In this document: one piece after another, positions 1-9,900 of the stretch | Numbering within the stretch: the first letter of the stretch is position 1 | How the letters are laid out: each line of letters starts with the position of its first letter | Source of the DNA: an uncultured virus (IMG/VR IMGVR_UViG_3300009378_000006) | Lineage: Duplodnaviria; Heunggongvirae; Uroviricota; Caudoviricetes | Length of the DNA stretch: 64,000 nt | Strand: one strand, 5' to 3' | IMG/VR virus record: IMGVR_UViG_3300009378_000006 | Notes under the pieces: generated by a model | The model's database searches: none | What the model saw: only the letters and a program-made list of their open reading frames with translations | Told to the model about the DNA's origin: nothing | Made by a program: the position numbers and the translations under genes

Positions 1-189
1 CAGACGCCGCTGGACATGCAGACCGACTGGATGGCACGTATGCAATACCAGCGCCTGCAAGATACAGTGGTGGACGCAGCCCTGAAGAACTGGGGCAGTG
101 ACATTCACGGGATGCACCCGGTGCCGGGCATGGCCTACGGCGCCGAGTTCGGGAAGCCCCCACTGGGGATAACGAGCTTCAAGTACTGA
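1..189 (+). CDS. C-terminal fragment of a probable multisubunit RNA polymerase beta'-like subunit (5' truncated by window)
   Basis: Frame 1 reads QTPLDMQTDWMARMQYQRLQDTVVDAALKNWGSDIHGMHPVPGMAYGAEFGKPPLGITSFKY*. This resembles the beta' C-terminal block (SFxSAASFQETxRVLTEAAxxGxxDxLxG). Only 62 aa are visible. Confidence 0.5.
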   Translation, partial: QTPLDMQTDWMARMQYQRLQDTVVDAALKNWGSDIHGMHPVPGMAYGAEFGKPPLGITSFKY

Positions 190-198
190 GGAGCGACG

Positions 199-666
199 AT
201 GCAAGACCTCGAGAAGACCGCAGTGTTCCAGACGTTCAGGGCAGGGGCCCTCGACGAGATGGAGAAGATCGCCACCGAGCAGGGACTGACCCACCTAGAG
301 AAGGTGGCCCTCCTGAGCGCCATGGGCAACGGCCTGCAGAAGGTCGCCATCTTCGGCGCCATCGGCAAGGGCGTGGCGAGCATGACCAAGAGCTTCGGCC
401 AGTCCCTGGGGCAGCGTGGCTCGAAGGTGATGGCCGGACGCGCAGCCAAGGCCGGTGGTGAGGCCGTGAAGGCCCCCTGGCACATCGGTGCGGCCAACCG
501 CCTCGGTGACGCGTCCAAGTGGATGGCCGCGCGTCCCGGGACCACGGGTGGTCTGGCCCTCGGTGGGGCAGGTCTGGGCGCAGCCGGCCTGACCGGCGCG
601 GGCTTCGCCGCCGGCGGCGCCGCCGGTGAGGGCCACCAGGCTGTCCGCCGCGCCGTGAGGGGGTAG
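199..666 (+). CDS. Putative internal virion protein with KxA motifs and a Gly-zipper C-terminus
   Basis: SD GAGGAG; motifs EKTA, DEMEKIA, EKVA, QKVA; C-terminal GGLALGGAGLGAAGLTGAGFAAGG. Confidence 0.7.
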   Translation: MQDLEKTAVFQTFRAGALDEMEKIATEQGLTHLEKVALLSAMGNGLQKVAIFGAIGKGVASMTKSFGQSLGQRGSKVMAGRAAKAGGEAVKAPWHIGAANRLGDASKWMAARPGTTGGLALGGAGLGAAGLTGAGFAAGGAAGEGHQAVRRAVRG

Positions 667-673
667 TGCATAG

Positions 674-1795
674 GTGCCGCCCAACCCCCTGGTGCACGGC
701 CGACGCAGGCCGGCCTTCATCGAGTCTGCACGGGTGATGAACGTGAACGCAGCGAGCTACTCGGTGGACATCCTCACTGACCCGCCCGACGAGCGGTTCT
801 GGGGTGACATGCCGTTTGCGTCCCCGTACATGCACCCGCAGGGGGGCGAGGGGCTGTACGTCATGCCCGAGGTGGGAGCTCGCTGCTGGGTCTGCTGGCC
901 CAGCGACGCGCTCTCTCCCTTCGTGCTGGCCTACGGCCCCTACGCGTCCGCGGACCAGGAGGCGGCAACCCGCTGGCGCTCCGGCCGGGAGGAGCTCCGG
1001 CCCGGGGACATCTACCTGGGCACGCGTGACCGCAACGGCATCGTCATCCGGCGCGGCGGGGTGCTGCAGGTGATGTCCACCCCGCTGGCTCAGCGGATGT
1101 ACATCCCCATCAACAACCTCATCCGGGACTTCTGCCAGAACTACGGCATGCACACGTTCGGCGGCGACCTGACCTGGGAGGTGGGGACCCCGGCGGACAA
1201 CGCCTACGGGGACCGGGAGACGGTGTGGCGCCTCAAGGCCAAGGAGAAGGCGGACGACCCTGGGATCGTCTGCGACTTCTCCCTGGGCCACCACGACGAG
1301 GACGTGGCCCTGGAGCTGCTCATCTACAGCGACGGCACGGATGAGCACACGCAGGTGGCGCACCTCACCATCGACAAGGCCGGGGTGACTACCTGGACCC
1401 TCGAGGACAACTTCAACATCGTCACCGAGAAGTCCTTCTCAGTGGAGGCCACGGAGAACGTGGAGATGGTGGCGACCCAGGAGATGAACCTGGACGGCAA
1501 GGCCGGCGTGCTGCTGCAGAGCACCAGCGCCGGCGTGAAGCTGCTGGCCAACGCGAACATCGAGCTGGGTGACTCCGGCCTCGTGGTGACGCCCGATGGG
1601 CGGGTCGAGGTGGGAGCAGGGGCCACGGAGAAGATGGTGCTGGGGGACTCCCTGGCCAGCTGGCTGCTCAACCACGGCCACATCATCACGGGTACCCTGA
1701 GCGGCACGGCGGTCACTGGTCAGACCGCCGGGCTGATGCCGGGTACTCCAGACCCGACGACCACGATCCTCTCGAAGAAGCACACGGTGAACTAG
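674..1795 (+). CDS. Baseplate central spike protein (gpV/gp45/VgrG-like)
   Basis: OB-fold-like N-terminus (PEVGARCWV), beta-strand repeat region, apex HxH motif (LLNHGH). Confidence 0.75.
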   Translation: MPPNPLVHGRRRPAFIESARVMNVNAASYSVDILTDPPDERFWGDMPFASPYMHPQGGEGLYVMPEVGARCWVCWPSDALSPFVLAYGPYASADQEAATRWRSGREELRPGDIYLGTRDRNGIVIRRGGVLQVMSTPLAQRMYIPINNLIRDFCQNYGMHTFGGDLTWEVGTPADNAYGDRETVWRLKAKEKADDPGIVCDFSLGHHDEDVALELLIYSDGTDEHTQVAHLTIDKAGVTTWTLEDNFNIVTEKSFSVEATENVEMVATQEMNLDGKAGVLLQSTSAGVKLLANANIELGDSGLVVTPDGRVEVGAGATEKMVLGDSLASWLLNHGHIITGTLSGTAVTGQTAGLMPGTPDPTTTILSKKHTVN

Positions 1796-1804
1796 GAGAC
1801 TGCC

Positions 1805-3790
1805 ATGGATCTCTTCCTCGACGCACAGCCCACCACGGAGAAGACGGCCGCGTCCATCGCTCGGATGGACAGCAACCCCGCCACGTGGTCCAAGCAGATC
1901 CTGCAGGAAGCGCACCGTCAGCTGCCCTTCCTCCAGGAGTACGACATCTCGGTGAACCTCACGGACTCCGCCCCCGAGCAGGGCTACGCCATCGGGTACA
2001 TCGAGGTGAAGAACCCCACCATGATGACCCCGGGCGACGAGCTGATCACCCAGCCGGTGAAGCACGGCCGCATCCCCATCATCATCCGGGAGTTCGAGCT
2101 GCACCCGCTCGACCTGTTCATGAAGGGGGACAAGTCGTACCCGCTGACGGAGGCGCGCTTCCGCCAGGCGATGTTCCGGCCGGAGGAGTTCGACGCCCCC
2201 GGGAACCTCCCGCCCGAGGTGAACATCGAGAACAACCTCGAGCCTCCCTTCGTGGGCAACCGCGGCGGCTTCCTCTCCACGGGCCGCGAGGTGACCAGCT
2301 CGGTGCGCGACCTGCCGCCGCTGCTGTACACGCTGGCGCCGCTGATGGACAACCAGACCATCGAGAAGGTGGCGGACATCGTCGCCTCCGACCCCACCGT
2401 GCAGGCACGGTTCCGGGACAACCCCGACGCCGCGGCGAGCCTCGGGTTCCTGGCGGGCTCCAGCGAGATGGAGAAGGCCTCGTCCGATGAGGTGTGGTCC
2501 TCCGTGGTCGAGCGCATCAAGCCCAACGTCATCCAGGTGGAGAAGCTGGCCAGCGGGAAGTACCGGGTGAAGTGGGCCAACTCCGAGGCGTTCGCGCCCC
2601 AGGAGGCAGAGATGGTGCAGCCCCAGGTCGAGGAGATGGCGGGCGAGGAAGCCATCGGTGGCCTCGGCGAGGGCGAGAACCTCACCGTGTCCCCCGACGC
2701 CGGCCCCACCCCGATGACGGAGCCGGAGCTGGACCTCAAGGCCATCGCCGAGTTCGGCCAGTGGAAGGTCGTGTCCCTGGACGGGCGTGAGCTGGTCGGC
2801 TGGGTGTTCCCCCAGCTCCTGAGCTTCGACGGGGAGTCCCTCCCCATGGCGCTGTTCACCAACGGCTCGGAGTACAGCATCCAGGGCGCCATCGCGGGCA
2901 GCCGCGTGGGCCAGGGGGTGAACCTCCCCCACTCCGACCCCCAGGGCTACGGCTGCTTCTACTACATCTCCGAGGGCACGGCGCGCGCGACCATCCCCTT
3001 CCAGATCGAGGCCCTCGACGAGACCGGGGAGTCCCGCACCTACTCGGTGAGCACCGACATGGGCGAGGAGTTCCAGGTGCAGGTGGTCCCGCAGCTGCAG
3101 GTCATCACGCCCATGGGCGAGGGGATGTACGGGGTGCCCGAGCACTTCGGCTTCCTCCCCCTGACCGGGCAGCTGACCAAGCTGGTGGAGGATCCCGCGG
3201 CCCTGACCAAGGAGTCCGAGGCCCGGGAGATCGCCGACTGGGGCGAGGTCATCACCGACGGCACCGTCTACAGCCTGAGCGGCCGGCCGTTCGAGAAGCT
3301 GGCGGACTCCGTCAAGAGCTTCATCGACAGGCCGGCGGCCGAGTTCCTCCTGGTCTCCGCCGGGGCCAACCCCAGCGAGGTCAAGGAGAAGCTCGCCGTC
3401 GCCGCCGAGTTCGGCGGCGCGTCGTTCACCTTCAACAACCTCCGGCAGATCACCCCGTTCGTCGAGGTCTACGAGGACTCGATCAAGACCGCCAGCGCCG
3501 TGCGGGGCAAGCTCCCCGAGCCCCGGCTGCTGGTCAAGGAGGCAGCCGACGTGGCCGTCGGTGACGGCACCGCCGTCGACGCCGTGCTGTCGCTGGGGTT
3601 CCTCACCCCCGAGACGGTGTCGGTCTTCCTCTCCTACATCCCGTACCTGGAGGACACCATCAACCGGCTGGCTGACCTGCTGATGGCCACCCGGATGGGC
3701 CTCCGCATCATGAACGAGAGCTCGGTCCGCACGGCGCTGTTCTCCCTGGAGGAGACGCTCAACGGCCTGAAGCTGCTGGCGCAGGCATGA
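1805..3790 (+). CDS. Large virion/morphogenesis protein of unknown function (661 aa)
   Basis: SD AGGAG, genome-typical codon use, many KxA motifs (EKTAA, EKVAD, EKLAS, KTASA, KEAA). Confidence 0.7.
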   Translation: MDLFLDAQPTTEKTAASIARMDSNPATWSKQILQEAHRQLPFLQEYDISVNLTDSAPEQGYAIGYIEVKNPTMMTPGDELITQPVKHGRIPIIIREFELHPLDLFMKGDKSYPLTEARFRQAMFRPEEFDAPGNLPPEVNIENNLEPPFVGNRGGFLSTGREVTSSVRDLPPLLYTLAPLMDNQTIEKVADIVASDPTVQARFRDNPDAAASLGFLAGSSEMEKASSDEVWSSVVERIKPNVIQVEKLASGKYRVKWANSEAFAPQEAEMVQPQVEEMAGEEAIGGLGEGENLTVSPDAGPTPMTEPELDLKAIAEFGQWKVVSLDGRELVGWVFPQLLSFDGESLPMALFTNGSEYSIQGAIAGSRVGQGVNLPHSDPQGYGCFYYISEGTARATIPFQIEALDETGESRTYSVSTDMGEEFQVQVVPQLQVITPMGEGMYGVPEHFGFLPLTGQLTKLVEDPAALTKESEAREIADWGEVITDGTVYSLSGRPFEKLADSVKSFIDRPAAEFLLVSAGANPSEVKEKLAVAAEFGGASFTFNNLRQITPFVEVYEDSIKTASAVRGKLPEPRLLVKEAADVAVGDGTAVDAVLSLGFLTPETVSVFLSYIPYLEDTINRLADLLMATRMGLRIMNESSVRTALFSLEETLNGLKLLAQA

Positions 3791-4692
3791 GCACGGTCCT
3801 CGGCGAACGGCCTCGCCACCCGAGCGAGCGCTTCATCCTCTTCCTGCTGACCCAGCAGGACCCGGACGAGTGCCACACCGACGTCATCCTGGCGCAGCTG
3901 GATGCGTGCAAGCTCCCGCCGGCCCACGAGAACCACGTGGACGGCCTCCGCATGCTGCTCCTGCGGGACATCCCCAAGCCGTTCATGCCCAGGAACCGGC
4001 GGCACCAGAAGTCGATGGACTTCCTCCGCCAGCACGAGGTGTACGACCTGCACCACCCCGGTCCCGCGGTGGAAGAAGCCGCGGCCATCCTGGGGGACTA
4101 CCCGGTGCGCAGGAAGGTGGAGATCGGGCTGCTCGGCCGCATCTCCCACGCCCTCATCGCCCGAGAGATCGGGGACCAGCAGGGCGTGACGCTCACCGAG
4201 GAAGGCGTGAGCGCCTACGAGTACTTCTTCTGGGACGTCAGCACGATGAGCCTCGAGGAGTGGGCGGCCATCATCGACCAGCAGCCCATCACCATGCTCA
4301 TCCGGGACAACCAGATGTCCGCGCTGCAGTGCGGAGGCAAGGTCGCCCTGGCGAAGATGGGGCTGGACCCCAGCGTCGACCCCCAGGAGATGATCCAGGA
4401 CATGCTGCGTCGCGTGTACCTGAACTTCGTGGAGGTGGACAAGGTCATCCCCCTGCACAAGGACAAGATCGGCATGCTCTCGAGCCTGGCGAGCACCGGC
4501 CTCGCGCTGTACAAGCAGGCGACCACCAGCGAGCACGCCCTCCGTCGACTGCTCAAGGACTTCGAGCGGATGAAGATGGAGACCAACGACGAGAACACAC
4601 CGGCGCTGTCCGAGCTGGTGGACAAGGACGGGACCTTCACGGACACTGCAGACATCATCCCGCTGCACGGCGGGGCGAAGAAGGGGAGCTGA
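3787..4692 (+). CDS. Hypothetical protein (301 aa, helical)
   Basis: ATGA overlap with the upstream gene; high GC3. Confidence 0.7.
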   Translation: MSTVLGERPRHPSERFILFLLTQQDPDECHTDVILAQLDACKLPPAHENHVDGLRMLLLRDIPKPFMPRNRRHQKSMDFLRQHEVYDLHHPGPAVEEAAAILGDYPVRRKVEIGLLGRISHALIAREIGDQQGVTLTEEGVSAYEYFFWDVSTMSLEEWAAIIDQQPITMLIRDNQMSALQCGGKVALAKMGLDPSVDPQEMIQDMLRRVYLNFVEVDKVIPLHKDKIGMLSSLASTGLALYKQATTSEHALRRLLKDFERMKMETNDENTPALSELVDKDGTFTDTADIIPLHGGAKKGS

Positions 4693-5033
4693 TGGAAGAG
4701 CAGGGAATCCAGATCAAGCCTGTCACCACGCTCCCGCTCGTGGACTTCGGTCCGGTGAAGGTCGAGTGGGTCTTCAAGGACGGGAACATCATCTACCACA
4801 TCTACCGCGGCACACTGCGGCGGTGGCCCGGTGAGCTGCACATGCGGGACGTCCTCGGCGATGTCTTCGAGTCGCTCGGGGTCCCGTCCGACGACGTCGT
4901 CGGCTCCTACACCGAGGAGGTGGACAGCTGGGCCGTGCGAGCTCCCGGGGTGGGCGGGGACACCGAGGACCTGGTCCGGATGACTGCGACCTTCGGGGAG
5001 CGCCTGGCGGAGAAGCTGCGCCGTGCCTCCTGA
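4692..5033 (+). CDS. Hypothetical protein (MEEQGIQIKP...)
   Basis: TGATG coupling with the upstream stop; protein-like 3' part of ORF 3870..5033. Confidence 0.7.
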   Translation: MEEQGIQIKPVTTLPLVDFGPVKVEWVFKDGNIIYHIYRGTLRRWPGELHMRDVLGDVFESLGVPSDDVVGSYTEEVDSWAVRAPGVGGDTEDLVRMTATFGERLAEKLRRAS

Positions 5034-5997
5034 CCTCCTGAAGCTGGCGGTCGAGGTAGGGGCGCTGCCCTCCCCGGCCATGCCCGAGCCCAAGCCGCTG
5101 GTGCCCTTCACCGTGGGAGCGCCCGACGCGAGCTGGGGCGAGCGGCTCAAGCGCAGGGAGGCACCGGCGGAGTACAAGCAGTACTCGCGCGGAGGGAAGT
5201 CGTTCTTGCTGGACAAGGACATCCCGATGCTGGAGACCCTGGAGGAGGGCGAGGCCGGGCTGGAGGCGATGCGCAAGGCCATCCGGGAGGGGATGGACAA
5301 GAACTGGACGCACCCCCAGGTGGCCATCCCACGGGACATCGACCTGCTGAAGCGCTTCCCCGGCTTCCAGAAGAGCGTGCTCCCCGCCGTCCGCCTCCCG
5401 GGCGAGCCCCGAGGTAGTGACACCTGGCGGCGGGGCCGGCTGCACGCCCACGAGTACGGCCCGGTCTGGCTGGTGCACGAGGACGCCCACGCTCCCCAGT
5501 CCAAGCGGGTCACGGACCTCAAGGGGGCGTTGAAGTTCAGGGAGATGTTGAACATCGAGGCAGCCAGGCACGCCCCCGAGGCCGGGAGGGCGCAGCTCCG
5601 TCGCTACCGGGCGCTGCGGCCCGTCGTGCTGAACACCCCGAAGGGGCGGTGGGAGCGGGAGAAGACCAGCGGGGTCGTGAAACTGGCGCAGAACCCCCCG
5701 CCCATGCAAGCTCCCGTCGACCCGACGGGGAACATGTGGGGGCTCGCCGGCGGCGCGGGCACCCTCCTCGCCGGCGGCCTGGCTGGGCGCGCCGCGCTGC
5801 CCCAGGTCGCAGGGAGCCGGGTGGCTCAGCACCTGCTGACCGACGCGCAGGTGGCGACGGCGAAGCAGTGGGCCGCTCGTCGCGGCGCCCTCGGCGGCGC
5901 TCTCCTGGCGGCCTACCCCGCGTGGCGGGTGGCCCAGATGGTAGCCAACTCCCCGCGCAGGCACACTGCCTGGCAGCACCAGGTGTTCGGGTTCTGA
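5023..5997 (+). CDS. Putative virion cargo protein, two modules each starting after KLA
   Basis: LLKLAV at the N-terminus, VVKLAQ internally, followed by Gly-rich hydrophobic helices. Confidence 0.65.
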   Translation: MPPDLLKLAVEVGALPSPAMPEPKPLVPFTVGAPDASWGERLKRREAPAEYKQYSRGGKSFLLDKDIPMLETLEEGEAGLEAMRKAIREGMDKNWTHPQVAIPRDIDLLKRFPGFQKSVLPAVRLPGEPRGSDTWRRGRLHAHEYGPVWLVHEDAHAPQSKRVTDLKGALKFREMLNIEAARHAPEAGRAQLRRYRALRPVVLNTPKGRWEREKTSGVVKLAQNPPPMQAPVDPTGNMWGLAGGAGTLLAGGLAGRAALPQVAGSRVAQHLLTDAQVATAKQWAARRGALGGALLAAYPAWRVAQMVANSPRRHTAWQHQVFGF

Positions 5998-5999
5998 GT

Positions 6000-6941
6000 A
6001 TGCGCCCCTCTGTCCCCGCCTTCCGAGACGAGCTCGAGCAGATCGGCCTGGAGAAGGTGGCGGCCAACGTGCAGGCCCTTTGGTCTGCAGCGCAGCGGCT
6101 GGCTCGGCACGTCCGCCCGGACATGCAGAAGCACGTCCTCCATGGGGACTGGCGTGTGGTAGGCAAGGAGGTCTTGCGGGCCGAGCGTCAGGGTCTCCCA
6201 CTGGACTCGGTGATGCCTCGGATCTCTGAAGGCTTCCGCGAGTCCGCGGCGCGCCTGGGGCGTGAGGGCATCGAGGCGGGCCAGGTCTCTGTGCCGGGCG
6301 GGGCGCCCCACCTCATCCGTGGGTACAGGGGGTCGGACTTCAGTGCCATCGCCTTCCCCAAGCCCTCGAGCGTTCGTGCATCTGGTGGAGGTGAGGCGCG
6401 AAGTGCGATGGCTAGCCGGCGCGCGAAGGCCATCTACACCCGGAACAAGGCAGGCCTCGACCGAATCGCGGACACCCAGGGGCAGACCGCGGCGATGGCG
6501 CGCCTCACCCGCCTGACGGATGCTGAGATGCGGCGTGCAGCTACACCCAGCGGCCCCATCATGAAGCGGACGACGGTACACAGCCACCCCTACGTTCAGG
6601 CTGGGTACTGGGGCCCCTCGGGGCACTTGCAGACTGAGGCGGCCAGGTCCGCCAAGAGGTCGGGGGACATGCTGAAGATGTGGAGACAGGAACCCCGCCT
6701 GCAGGCGGAGTTCCGGAAGATGGGCCCGCAGCTGGAGCGGGAGCATGCGATGGCCACCAGCAAGCTGCAGGACATCATGCCCTCAGCAGCGGACGTGGTG
6801 TCAGGCACGCGCCCACAGCAGATTGGCAGGTGGCAGGGTATCTTCTCTCCGCAGACCGGGAACACAGGCTTCTTCCGCTCCGGTGGGTACAAGCCGGACA
6901 CCAAGACCCCGAGCCGCTGGTTCGCCATCAGCGGGAAGTGA
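6000..6941 (+). CDS. Putative virion cargo protein with AFxDEL...EKVA leader; possible JAB/MPN-like motif
   Basis: ATG at 6000 gives MRPSVPAFRDELEQIGLEKVAA; contains TTVHSHP and later MPSAAD. Confidence 0.65.
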   Translation: MRPSVPAFRDELEQIGLEKVAANVQALWSAAQRLARHVRPDMQKHVLHGDWRVVGKEVLRAERQGLPLDSVMPRISEGFRESAARLGREGIEAGQVSVPGGAPHLIRGYRGSDFSAIAFPKPSSVRASGGGEARSAMASRRAKAIYTRNKAGLDRIADTQGQTAAMARLTRLTDAEMRRAATPSGPIMKRTTVHSHPYVQAGYWGPSGHLQTEAARSAKRSGDMLKMWRQEPRLQAEFRKMGPQLEREHAMATSKLQDIMPSAADVVSGTRPQQIGRWQGIFSPQTGNTGFFRSGGYKPDTKTPSRWFAISGK

Positions 6942-6950
6942 GGTAGCGTA

Positions 6951-9900
6951 GTGCCCTTCAAGTCCGAGGCGCAGCGACGGAAATTCTACGCGATGGCTGC
7001 GCGCGGGGAGATCTCCGAGGAGACCCTGAAGGAGTGGCAGGACTCCACGGGGGACAAGGAGCTGCCGGAGAAGGTGGGCAAGGAGAAGACTGCGCTCAAC
7101 GAGCGGCTGCTCGCCCGCGCCTTCGGTAAGGAGCTGGAGCGTCACGGACTGAAGGCGGGGGAGGTTCTGGACGAGCTGATCCACAACTACGGGAAGGTGG
7201 AGATCCCGAAGCGGCTGCGCAAGGGCATAGTGGGGTTTGCCATCAAGACCTCCCCGGATGTGCGAGCGGGGCTGGACCCGCTCGCCGGATACTTCAAGGC
7301 AACACGCATGGTGACGCGCCTCCCACTGGACCACCCGGCGCGGAATGTAGACGCCGCGAGGAAGCGGTTCGTCGACATGGCGGAGAAGAGGTACTGGGAG
7401 AGAGCCGCAGCCGAGGCCAAGAGGGGCAGGGAGACAATGCTGTCCGGGAGGCACCAAGGCGCGGGCGCGGCCGTCCCCAAGGTACCAAGCACCGTCTCCG
7501 AAGAGGGGGCCGTCCTGGGGGGGACTACGTACAACCCCGATGCCATAGGGTACAAGGGGTCCAGGGCGCTCTCCACCTTGGGAGGCAGCGGGCCGGGAGA
7601 GAGATGGATTACCGCGCACCCCGATGTCGCTGCAGGGTACGCCCGCCGGCCCAGCCGCTTCGCCGCAGAGGCACGCATTTCCGCGCACGACTTGAGCCGG
7701 GCGAAGGATTGGACGGGCGGGTGGACGCCGCATATTGCACGACCCCTAGCTGAGGGAGAGGTCGGTGCCCAGTCTCCAGAGGCCCTCAAGGCCCTGCTGG
7801 GGGAGGCTGAGGCCGGGATACTCCGGAGGAAGGGCAACTTCTGGGGCCGGTCGCCTACCTATGAGGGGGTTGCCACTGCTGATGATCTCGCCCGCTCGTT
7901 GCTCGCCGAGTACAAGCAACTGCCCGGCGGGGGGTACATGCGCGTGCGTGGGGCCCCAGTACTCGGAGAGTGGTCGGCCGCGGCCCCGCAGGTCAAGGTG
8001 AGCCACGTGAAGGAGGCCAAGCAGGTCCGACTCGGCCCACCGCCCAAGCGGAACCGCAAGCAGTGGCCCTACCAGGGGACCATCAACTTCCGCGGCCTCG
8101 ACATCCTGGTGGAGAACAAGCGAGGCACCGACCGGGTCTGGACCGACGAGAACAGCAACGAGACGGGCCGTACCCGGATGCACCACCACTACGGGGAGGT
8201 GCGCCGGACCATGGGCCCCGACGGCGACCCCGTCGACGTGTTCGTCGGCCCCGACGCTGGGTCCGACGTGGTGTACATCGTCCACCAGATGAAGCGCCCC
8301 AAGTACAAGGAGTACGACGAGGACAAGTGCATGCTGGGGTTCCGCACCGCCAAGGAGGCGAAGGCGGCCTACCTCAAGCACTACGACAACCCCAAGTTCT
8401 TCGGCTCGATGACCACGATGTCGTTCGACGACTTCGCCAAGCTGCTCCGCCGGCGAGACGTGCGGGGCAAGCGGATCACCGAGGCACTCATCAAGGTGGG
8501 GGCGCAGCTGTTCTTCCCCTCGGTGAAGACCGCGTCGACGGTGCGGGAGCTGTTCCGCGAGGAGATGAGCAAGACCGGTGCAGCTCAGGGCGAAGAGAAG
8601 CTGGCCTCCTCTGAGTACGTGGTCCCCGAGAGGCAGTTCCGTCCTGGCGGCCTGGTTGGAGACTTCGCGGCCGGGATGGACCCCACAGGTACGTGGACCA
8701 CTGGTCTGTCCAAGCGCACGGAGAGCCGGTACCCGACGGGCGGCGCGAAGGCACGGCATGCAGCGGGGTACGGAGCAGCTGTCACGGGTGGCTTGGTGGG
8801 GGGCGGTGTCCTCCTTCCCGGCACAGTCTCGGGCATCCTCGGGGCTGCACGTGGTGTAGCGCAGACCGGGGGAGGGGCTGGTCAGCGGGCACTGGGGGCA
8901 GCGCGCGGGTTCACCAAGGGGTTTGCCGCGCCCTTCAAGGGCCTAGCCCGTGGTGCCCGCCTGCACAGATGGATGCGGGGGGTGCACAAGGGTGGCCAGC
9001 CCATGCACGTCCCCGAGAGGATGGTCAGGGACGTCGCGGACACAGCCAAGGGCGTGACCTTTGGCTCTCTGTTCCGTGGGAAGGGTGGGGCCCCCAACAA
9101 CCTACTCCACGACGTGGGCTCCAAGATGCGGGCGGGTGGGGAGTATTCCCTCGACGACATCGCCAGCTTCCTGCACAGCAAGGGCTACGGGCCCGAGCAG
9201 ATCACCTCGTACATGAAGCAGCGGGGGATGTCTCCTGAGCACATCGGGCATGCGATGGAGCGGGTCAAGGGGCTGTCCCCAGAGCAGACAGGTGCCTGGC
9301 TCAGGCAGAAGGGGGTGTCCGAGGAGGTTGTCTCGAACTACCTCACGAGCCGAGGGCTCGCTCCGTCCTTCGTCACGGACGCCCTGACTGCCCGTGGGGT
9401 GACTCCGGCCAACGCACAGAAGGTCTGGGGGGAGCTCCAGAAGGTCACCAACCCGCAGCAGGCGGCCAAGATGCTGGAGGCCCACGGGCTCACCCCAGAA
9501 CAGGCTGCGCAGATCCTACGGCAGCGTGGGGCGACTCTGGAAGGCGTGGGGCAGCACATGTCTGCCAAGGGGCTGGACGTCGCTGCGCAGACTCGACGCC
9601 TGGAGCAGTTCGGAGTGACCCCCGAGCGCGCAGGCAAGGTCTTCCAGGCGATGGAGGGGGCCACCCCCGAGCGCGCAGCTCAGATCCTGCGGGACTCCGG
9701 GGTCTCTCCAGAGAACATCGTCAAGGTGCTGGCCGAGCGTGGCGTGGGGCAGAGGGCAGCCACCTTCGCCGTCGAGCGTCTCGGGGTGTCCCGGGATGCC
9801 GCGAGTCGGCTGTTTGCCAACATCCACAAGATCACCCCGGAAGCTGCAGCGAAGAGGCTCCAACAAGAGATTGGGAACCAGAAGCTGACGAGGGGTCAGA

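Noticed and set aside
1805..3790. 661-aa protein as the portal
   Set aside because: The size fits, but I recognise no portal motif and it is not next to the terminase. Left unassigned.
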